Assembly (NCBI GenBank): GCA_002688335.1 | Contig: NZCQ01000002.1 | Location: 1 to 43,189 of the forward strand | Direction of reading: 5' to 3' | DNA: 43,189 bases | DNA from: Candidatus Pacearchaeota archaeon | Lineage (GTDB): Archaea; Nanobdellota; Nanobdellia; Pacearchaeales; GW2011-AR1 | In this document: piece after piece, positions 36,929 through 43,189 of the stretch | Numbering within the stretch: position 1 is the stretch's first letter | How the letters are laid out: every line of letters begins with the position of its first letter | The notes under the pieces: generated by a model | Database searches by the model: none | What the model saw: only the letters and a program-made list of their open reading frames with translations | What the model was told of the DNA's origin: nothing | Position numbers and translations under genes: made by a program

Positions 36929-37098
36929 AACATCAAAAAAACAATGGCGCACCACACCTTAAAATCTCAATAACTTTTAGTTCTTGATGATCATACAGAT
37001 CCTTGAGGGGTGTGGTTTGTTACAGCGCCTTGTTTTTAGGATCTACAGTAATCACCACACTCTGAAGAGTGTGGTTCTCTCAGATTACTGAGATAATT
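36929..37098 (+). repeat. R2 two-hairpin element, copy B
   Basis: See copy A. The lower stem is GGCGC/GCGCC here versus GGGCC/GGCCC in copy A. Confidence 0.7.
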
Positions 37099-37142
37099 AA
37101 TAAGAACTCCAAAAGAGAAGTGTTTAAATAATTTGGAATATT

Positions 37143-37628
37143 ATGAAAAAGATGAATATCTCCGATTCATATCAACCACTACTTCAGACAATATCTTTAT
37201 GTGCGATTATCCAAACAGCTGCCCTAAAAGCAAGAGCAAACTCCTTAGAGAAATACATACCTGTTGCAAAAGACAAAGCAGACATCTTAGAACTAAATCA
37301 TTACTTTGATGATAACGGAAAGAGAGTTTTTGATCAAATAATTCTCTGGAATTGGCATCATTCAGAAGGTGAACATCATGTATTTGCATGGAGATTTGCA
37401 AAACAACCCGGGCAAATTCCTCAGAGAAATTGGAGCAAGAACAACTATACAATTCAATGGCTCGACGGAAAAACTCTAAGATATGTTGAAAGTGATTCCC
37501 AAAGAGAAACCTGGACGCAATACGATCCAGAGGTTCATGACAGAACATTCTTCAGACAAAGTCAAAGAAGGGAATTAAGTAGAATGAGATGCCCTCCAAA
37601 AAAACCAGGAAATCCAAACAGAAACTAA
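37143..37628 (+). CDS. Hypothetical protein
   Basis: ORF track. Visibly higher G+C. No motif recognised. Confidence 0.5.
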   Translation: MKKMNISDSYQPLLQTISLCAIIQTAALKARANSLEKYIPVAKDKADILELNHYFDDNGKRVFDQIILWNWHHSEGEHHVFAWRFAKQPGQIPQRNWSKNNYTIQWLDGKTLRYVESDSQRETWTQYDPEVHDRTFFRQSQRRELSRMRCPPKKPGNPNRN

Positions 37629-38587
37629 CCCAACTCAATTATGGCCTCATTATTCCCCTCATTCAATTCTTCAATCTCATCATCTATATCAATAATAAAC
37701 TTAATTGATTCAGGATTTCTTCTCTTTAATCTAAGATTCTGAGTTCTCAAAGTTATTCCAGCACCAAACCCAATACTCTCAATCTCCCTTATATCAATAA
37801 CATCACCATTATCTAAAATAGTCAAAACAATATTATCTGCATCAACAACACCAAAATTCTTCATGGTCAAATTAAAATCTAAATACCTTCCCCTTTTCAC
37901 AGCATTAAAATCCTCAAAAAGCAAATCAGGCAAATTAGGCAAAGCATAAATTCTGTTCAATTCATCTATCAAACCTTCATCTAACTTTTGACTACAAGAA
38001 GTAAGAAAAGGGTACATAATGCTTCTCTTATCATCTGAATGATCAAACCCTAACACATGCAATATCTCATGCACCTCAACATTCGGATAATCACATTTAA
38101 TAGATTTCTTATTATCAAATAAGTAAATGATGCCTTCAACAATAACATAAGACTCTCCAGATTCAATGATCTCCTTAGCTCCCCCCTCCCCAGCAATAAA
38201 ATACTTCTTACCAGAACCAACATTAACTTTCTCCTCAGAACAAATCACCTCAACATCTCCCCCAAACTCAACCTCCTGAAATCTCAAAGCAGAAACCCAC
38301 TTTTCTATCTCATCAAAAGCCCGAATCATTCTAACCACCTGCTCACCACTACACTCGTCTTCAATATCATAACTTATTGTCCTATGATTAAACCTCATAT
38401 TTGAATAAAATTGCTTAACCTCTCCAATCTCAACACTGCCATCTCTCTCAGCTATCCTAACCTCCAAGTTCTCAGCCTCTCCAGGAATATTCATATATAG
38501 GAAATAAACTATAATAAACAAAACAATCAAAAACATAAATCCAAAAAGAATTTTAGATAAAAGACTCTGAGATAATTCGTTATTCAT
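37625..38587 (-). CDS. Membrane-anchored metzincin (matrixin-like) zinc protease
   Basis: HEILHVLGFDHS (HExxHxxGxxH) followed by SIMYP (Met-turn). N-terminal TM helix. Confidence 0.75.
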   Translation of the reverse strand: MNNELSQSLLSKILFGFMFLIVLFIIVYFLYMNIPGEAENLEVRIAERDGSVEIGEVKQFYSNMRFNHRTISYDIEDECSGEQVVRMIRAFDEIEKWVSALRFQEVEFGGDVEVICSEEKVNVGSGKKYFIAGEGGAKEIIESGESYVIVEGIIYLFDNKKSIKCDYPNVEVHEILHVLGFDHSDDKRSIMYPFLTSCSQKLDEGLIDELNRIYALPNLPDLLFEDFNAVKRGRYLDFNLTMKNFGVVDADNIVLTILDNGDVIDIREIESIGFGAGITLRTQNLRLKRRNPESIKFIIDIDDEIEELNEGNNEAIIELG

Positions 38588-38661
38588 CAATCCATAAATT
38601 AAAAAACTTATTTAAAACTATCATCAGGGTTTACTACTAACAATATAATCCCCACTTAGGG

Positions 38662-38900
38662 TTAAGACTCACACATTCGAAAACAGATCATATCTCTCTA
38701 AAGAGAACTTTGCATAATTGACATTTCCGAAGACTTCAATTTCTTTGAAGTTGAATGTGTCAGGAATTTTAATTCCTGAGGAAATCACAGCAAAGTTCTC
38801 TCTTAGAGGAGTTTGAAATTGCATTATTTCAAAGTTCTCTAAAGGTAATTGTAGACATTTCAAAACGTTAGCGAAGGAACTTGGCAAAGCCAGTTCCGAG
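38662..38900 (+). repeat. R1-related structured locus, copy 4, with a 47-nt two-hairpin expansion in the inner loop (candidate sRNA)
   Basis: AGAGAACTTTGC..ATTTCC GAAG[ACTTCAA TTTC TTGAAGT..CAGGAATT TT AATTCCTG]A GGAAAT..GCAAAGTTCTCT, then a second module, then GGAACTTGGC AAA GCCAGTTCC, ending in a T5 run. Confidence 0.6.
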
Positions 38901-38994
38901 AGCGATTTTTCAACTACTCCCTTAAGGGAGAGTGAGCGATTTCATTCCCCCACTGGATGGGTTAATGGGCCTTAGTTGAAAAAATTACATCCAT

Positions 38995-40503
38995 TCACTC
39001 ACACATAGCCAAAGCCTCAATCTCTGGGATATAAAGCTTCTTTTCATTCAAATCTTTGTAAGACTTAGAACCAGTAGCACTAAGAATTTCTTTAAACTCT
39101 TTCTCCAGATTAACTGCATAATTCTTAACTCTCTCTGCCTTCTCCTCAATATCCAATCCCTTCTGCAAACCCGGATTCTGCGTAGTTATTCCAACCGGAC
39201 AAGTATTTTTATTGCACTGTAAGGCCTGTATACAACCTAAAGCAAGCATAAACCCTCTCGCAGTATAAACAACATCAGCTCCCAATGCTAAGGCAATAAT
39301 CTGCTTCCCGGGATTAATCAACTTTCCAGATGCAACAATCTTCATCTTGTCCCTCACTCCCCCCTTAACTAAAATATTCTGAACACTTCTTAATGCAGGA
39401 AACAATGGAACACCTACATCATCCATAAAACTCTTAGGAGCAGCCCCAGTACCTCCTTGACTGCCATCAAGAGCAACATAATCTGGAAAAACATTTTGTA
39501 ATTTCATTTCCTTAACTAAATCCGTGAACTCGCTTTCATCCCCCAAACACAGCTTCATTCCAACAGGCAATTGAGAAACATCTTGAACTCTCTTAATAAA
39601 CTCAACAGTTGTTTTAGCATCCTTACATTCAATATGATGACTAGGACTTACAACATCTCTCCCCATAGGAACCCTCCGCAATGAAGAGATTTCTCCAGTA
39701 ATCTTTTCTTTTGGAAGAAGTCCTCCCTTACCAGGTTTAGCCCCTTGAGAAAACTTTATCTCGATCATCTTAATCTGAGGATTCTCAGATAACTTTCTTA
39801 ATTTATACTCGTTCAAACTTCCATCCTCATTCCTAACTCCAAACTTAGCAGTCCCCATTTGAAAAATAATATTTGGACCCTCCATTAGATGATATTTAGG
39901 ATATCCTCCCTCCCCAGTATTAATAGGAATTCCTGCCTTCTTAGCCCCTCTAGCCAAGGCCCTAACAGCACTCTCTCCAAGAGCTCCAAAACTCATAGCA
40001 CTTATCATAGCAGGCTTATTTATTGCATAAATATTACTAATTCCACGCTCCTCACCAAAAACAACTTTATAGCCCCCATACCCGCTAGAGGGGAACATTG
40101 AATGCCGAATCTTAATCTCATGTTCATTAAATTCATTTTGAGATCCAAATGAAGAAGTAGAATCTTCATTCTTACTTTTACTATAAACTTCTTCTCTCTC
40201 AGTTCTATTAAATGGCCTCTCCTCATTATCGCTCAAATAAAGATACTGTCGGAACTCAGGACCAATTGACTCAAGCATATAACGAAGCTGTCCAATAATT
40301 CCAAAATTTCTCAGCACAGCATACTTAACTTGAAAATTCATCAGATAAACATTAACCAAAAAAAGCCCACCAAAAACAACAGATCCTATGTGATACCACT
40401 TAGAATTCCTAACTCCAAAAAAGATAAACAAGGCTGCAAGCAGAGGTATAACAACATTAGTCACTGCAGCTATCTTATGAAGATTTATCGCTAGTCTCGG
40501 CAT
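38995..40503 (-). CDS. FMN-binding glutamate synthase (GltB domain 2)-related protein with N-terminal TM helices
   Basis: GEGG, FSQGAKPGKGG.LP, LDGSQGGTGAAP and GKLINPG motifs. Confidence 0.85.
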   Translation of the reverse strand: MPRLAINLHKIAAVTNVVIPLLAALFIFFGVRNSKWYHIGSVVFGGLFLVNVYLMNFQVKYAVLRNFGIIGQLRYMLESIGPEFRQYLYLSDNEERPFNRTEREEVYSKSKNEDSTSSFGSQNEFNEHEIKIRHSMFPSSGYGGYKVVFGEERGISNIYAINKPAMISAMSFGALGESAVRALARGAKKAGIPINTGEGGYPKYHLMEGPNIIFQMGTAKFGVRNEDGSLNEYKLRKLSENPQIKMIEIKFSQGAKPGKGGLLPKEKITGEISSLRRVPMGRDVVSPSHHIECKDAKTTVEFIKRVQDVSQLPVGMKLCLGDESEFTDLVKEMKLQNVFPDYVALDGSQGGTGAAPKSFMDDVGVPLFPALRSVQNILVKGGVRDKMKIVASGKLINPGKQIIALALGADVVYTARGFMLALGCIQALQCNKNTCPVGITTQNPGLQKGLDIEEKAERVKNYAVNLEKEFKEILSATGSKSYKDLNEKKLYIPEIEALAMCE

Positions 40504-40580
40504 AATCTGAAATAATATTATTGCTTAATAAATCTTTGTATAATATGATCGGATCATCATATAAATCTCTATCAGTAAGG

Positions 40581-40590
40581 TTTAAAAATA
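40581..40590 (+). promoter_or_regulatory. TATA-box-like TTTAAAAATA about 27 nt upstream of tRNA-Asp
   Basis: Its position relative to the mature 5' end fits archaeal promoter geometry. Confidence 0.4.
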
Positions 40591-40611
40591 CTCCAATAAT
40601 TACTAAAGCAT

Positions 40612-40683
40612 GCCCCGGTAGTGTAGTGGTTATCACTCGACCCTGTCACGGTCGCGACCCGTGTTCGATTCACGGTCGGGGCG
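40612..40683 (+). tRNA. tRNA-Asp (GTC)
   Basis: GCCCCGG..CGACC CTGTCAC GGTCG..CCGTG TTCGATT CACGG TCGGGGC G. Confidence 0.9.
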
Positions 40684-40810
40684 TATAGAGGGCCAAAGGC
40701 CCTCTACTATTCTCGGTGATATCGGACTAGAATACAATTTATGATATGTTCGATTTGAGCAATCTGATTTTGTGTAAATACCAAAAAATAACAAAATCAG
40801 ATTGGGAACA

Positions 40811-40821
40811 GGTCGGGGCGT
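40811..40821 (+). repeat. 11-nt direct copy of the tRNA-Asp 3' end
   Basis: GGTCGGGGCGT is identical to 40674-40684. Confidence 0.5.
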
Positions 40822-41045
40822 GTTACCATCTTGGCACATAATTATTTTAATAACGCTAGAATTACTCACTCATGCCTTAGATTATCTATTAGATATCAGA
40901 AATGATATAAATTTTGGGTTAACATCAGTTTCCTAAAATTATGTGTAAATGAACTATTTTAAAGTAGGACATATGTCTCTAGGGTCTACAACTTTTCCAT
41001 AATCCACAACATTTATAACTCTTCAATTCTCAACTTACTTAGAAA

Positions 41046-41135
41046 ATGCCGCGTTCAAGAGTTACAAGAAAAGTCAAAGCAAGAAGCAAGCGAGCTCAAA
41101 GAAGAAAGGTCAAACAGAAGAAAGGAAAAAGTTAG
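41046..41135 (+). CDS. 29-aa very basic peptide
   Basis: My own translation: MPRSRVTRKVKARSKRAQRRKVKQKKGKS. A TATA-like TTTATAA lies about 30 nt upstream. Confidence 0.25.
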   Translation: MPRSRVTRKVKARSKRAQRRKVKQKKGKS

Positions 41136-41175
41136 CTTTATAATCTATCAATACCTCTAGTCATCAGGTGAGAAA

Positions 41176-41721
41176 ATGGGAGTAAAAGCTAGAAGATATT
41201 TATCACTTCTCTTAATATTCATAATAATTCTAATTCTATTAATAAATTACAATGCTGTTGAAAGCAGCATCCTTACTTTCTTAGAGGGCCAAATCTCCAC
41301 ACTGGGCTATGTAGGAATATTCATAACTGTTTTCTTCCTAGAGCTTGTCCCACAACCAATAGTCAGCCCATTACTCCCAATGATAACAGGAATCTATTTC
41401 GGATTTAACTACCTCAACTTACTCTACATAGTACTAATCTCTTCAATAATATCAAACTACACAGCTTATTTCTTCGGAAAAATATACGGAGAACCAATTG
41501 TAAGATTTTTCATGAATGAAAGAAACTATCAAAGATCTATAAGATGGTTCGACAAACACGGAAAAATAGGAATAACTCTCCTAGCCTTAACCCCCCTTCC
41601 TTACTTCCCAGTCATAGGGGGCATCTTCAAGATGAAATTACATGAATTCACATTATTCGCAATAATTCCAAGAATACTCCATTTCATAATTTTCTCATAC
41701 ATCATACTACTGGCCATCTAA
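41176..41721 (+). CDS. DedA / VTT-domain membrane protein
   Basis: FFLELVPQP, a YFFGK.YG-type motif (YFFGKIYGEP), and PLPYFP. Confidence 0.7.
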   Translation: MGVKARRYLSLLLIFIIILILLINYNAVESSILTFLEGQISTLGYVGIFITVFFLELVPQPIVSPLLPMITGIYFGFNYLNLLYIVLISSIISNYTAYFFGKIYGEPIVRFFMNERNYQRSIRWFDKHGKIGITLLALTPLPYFPVIGGIFKMKLHEFTLFAIIPRILHFIIFSYIILLAI

Positions 41722-41756
41722 ATTAAATATATAAACTATAAAACACAATAAAAACA

Positions 41757-42014
41757 ATGAGATTAAAAAAAAGACAAAAAATCTTAATTGCAATAGTCCT
41801 AATCATAATCCTCGCCCTATTTCTCTTCTCAATACTAAACATAGCAACATTCCATAACCTAGATGACTTAAAAGAAGCTAGGAAAGCTTGCCTAAGCTCA
41901 AACATAGGAAATAAATGTTCTTTTGAACTCAAAGAAGAAAAAATAGAAGGAATTTGTAAAACAATTAAATTTGGCAAGGTAATCTGTAAACCGGCTCCAT
42001 CCCAAATTAATTGA
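41757..42014 (+). CDS. Small membrane-anchored Cys-containing protein whose last codons and stop lie inside the IS left end
   Basis: ORF track. The IS inverted repeat starts at 41993. Confidence 0.4.
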   Translation: MRLKKRQKILIAIVLIIILALFLFSILNIATFHNLDDLKEARKACLSSNIGNKCSFELKEEKIEGICKTIKFGKVICKPAPSQIN

Positions 42015-43186
42015 ACCCAATTAATTTGTTAATTCTAATAAGAAAAAGGAGGTAATGATATGGGCAAGCCGATTACTCGGCTCAACCCAAAGATAGAATC
42101 TTCAATCCAGAAGACCTTTCTTGAAAAAGCTATTGGACTTCTATTATCGATTGCAATGATTTTACCAGATCAAGCGATTGTAAAACGAGGTCCTAAGCCT
42201 TATGATTATAGGAAAGTGTTAGTTATATGTGTTTTGAGAGTTCTTTTGAGGAAGACCTATGCTGATTATGAAATTGAGATGAGAACCGATAAGCGAATCT
42301 GTGATCCTCTTGGGCTCACAATCCTTCCAGGAAAGAGTACTCTTCAAAGAGGGATGAATAACTTCACAATGGATTTGCTAAGAGAGTTTAACAAACTATT
42401 AATCCAGAAATGGATTAATAGAAAGCTAGACGTTCTAATCGATGCTTCGGGGATTAGGATCGTTGGTAGAAGCATTTGGTATTCACTGAGAATAAAAGAG
42501 AAGATTTCCCGTCGAGAATGTGATAAAATTCACCTTGCAGTATGTAAAGACACGCTACTTGTTTTGAACTGGTTTATAACTGAAGGAAGGAAACACGACT
42601 CCCCATTCTTTAGAAGATTGTTAGCCCCATTCAATTGGTTAGGTGAAGTGTTAGCTGATGCGGGTTATTTATCTAGGAAGAACTATCAGTTTGTAACTGA
42701 TAGAAAAGGTGCAGCGTTCATTCCATTTAAGAAAAATTCTACTGGCAAACCTAAAAGCTATCCTGCTTGGAAATGGGCTTTTAACTTATGGAAAGCAGTT
42801 CCAATGATCTTCAAGGGAATTTACAATCAGCGATCAAAGGTGGAGATGGTATTTTCTGTTTTGAAGAAACGCTATGGAGATCAACTCTATAGTAAGGGAG
42901 CTTATCGAAGACGGAGAGAATTCGCCTTGAGGTTACTAGCTTATAATACCAAACTAGTAATTTGTTTAGAATATGCTTTGGAGAATAATCTTTCTTGTTG
43001 GGTTCGAGCTAAACAGTGATAATATGGTCTAAAAAGGGAAGCTTACTAGCCGTAGCTCTGATAGATTTTGCATTAATAATACTAAGGGAGATTTCAGCTT
43101 GGCAAAGCCTGCTGAAATTAACAATAGAATTCTAATTTTGAGAAAATTAGCTAGAATTGTTATGAGATTTTATTTGGGATGAAGCC
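41993..43186 (+). mobile_element. IS5/IS4-superfamily insertion sequence with imperfect terminal inverted repeats
   Basis: The left end GGCTCCATCCCAAATTAA matches the reverse complement of the right end GGCTTCATCCCAAATAAA (43186 backwards). A single DDE transposase gene lies inside. Confidence 0.75.
42060..43019 (+). CDS. DDE transposase (DDE_Tnp_1, IS5-like)
   Basis: DASG.., ADAGY.., then NQRSKVEMVFSVLKKRYG (conserved E with a K/R signature). AGGAGGT Shine-Dalgarno upstream. Confidence 0.85.
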   Translation: MGKPITRLNPKIESSIQKTFLEKAIGLLLSIAMILPDQAIVKRGPKPYDYRKVLVICVLRVLLRKTYADYEIEMRTDKRICDPLGLTILPGKSTLQRGMNNFTMDLLREFNKLLIQKWINRKLDVLIDASGIRIVGRSIWYSLRIKEKISRRECDKIHLAVCKDTLLVLNWFITEGRKHDSPFFRRLLAPFNWLGEVLADAGYLSRKNYQFVTDRKGAAFIPFKKNSTGKPKSYPAWKWAFNLWKAVPMIFKGIYNQRSKVEMVFSVLKKRYGDQLYSKGAYRRRREFALRLLAYNTKLVICLEYALENNLSCWVRAKQ

Positions 43187-43189
43187 CTG

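Noticed and set aside
38669-38887. 72-aa track ORF on the minus strand
   Set aside because: It lies entirely within the nested hairpins of R1 copy 4. Its sequence is dictated by the palindromes, and no start context is present.
40633-40869. 78-aa track ORF on the minus strand
   Set aside because: It overlaps tRNA-Asp and its hairpin trailer in antisense.

Overview
Strongly AT-rich archaeal chromosome fragment. Archaeal markers are a group II chaperonin (thermosome), ribosomal proteins L10e and L35Ae, and a tRNA-Tyr with a C1:G72 pair. The small genes, many tiny membrane ORFs and patchy metabolism suggest a DPANN-type lineage, but that is inference. Left to right: nrdR-nrdJ (class II RNR, cut by the window edge); a circularly permuted GTPase; a membrane-anchored AlbA_2/Schlafen-like protein next to a wHTH regulator; and a pentose-phosphate cluster (rpiB, rpe, tkt, tal, SIS isomerase, gnd). 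That cluster is interrupted by accessory cargo: a nucleotidyltransferase, a RelE/ParE pair, small membrane ORFs and one antiparallel orphan gene. Further right are two more RelE/ParE pairs, an epimerase, four tRNA genes (Gly, Val, Tyr, Asp), ribosomal proteins, tandem paralogous orphans, a CBS protein, thermosome, cyclophilin, a metzincin, a membrane GltB-like FMN protein, a DedA protein and an IS5-like insertion sequence at the right edge. There is no CRISPR array and no rRNA. The most unusual content is non-coding. (1) A 54-nt hairpin-ended element with a perfect G3N1 G-quadruplex core occurs twice, one copy inserted in-frame inside rpiB. (2) A double-hairpin repeat family (R1) has four copies with compensatory stem changes and loop expansions, two of them in unusually long intergenic regions. 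(3) A roughly 170-nt two-hairpin element (R2) occurs twice, in inverted orientation, with covarying stems. (4) Every one of the four tRNA genes is followed by a partial direct copy of its own 3' end, bracketing small integrase-less cargo.
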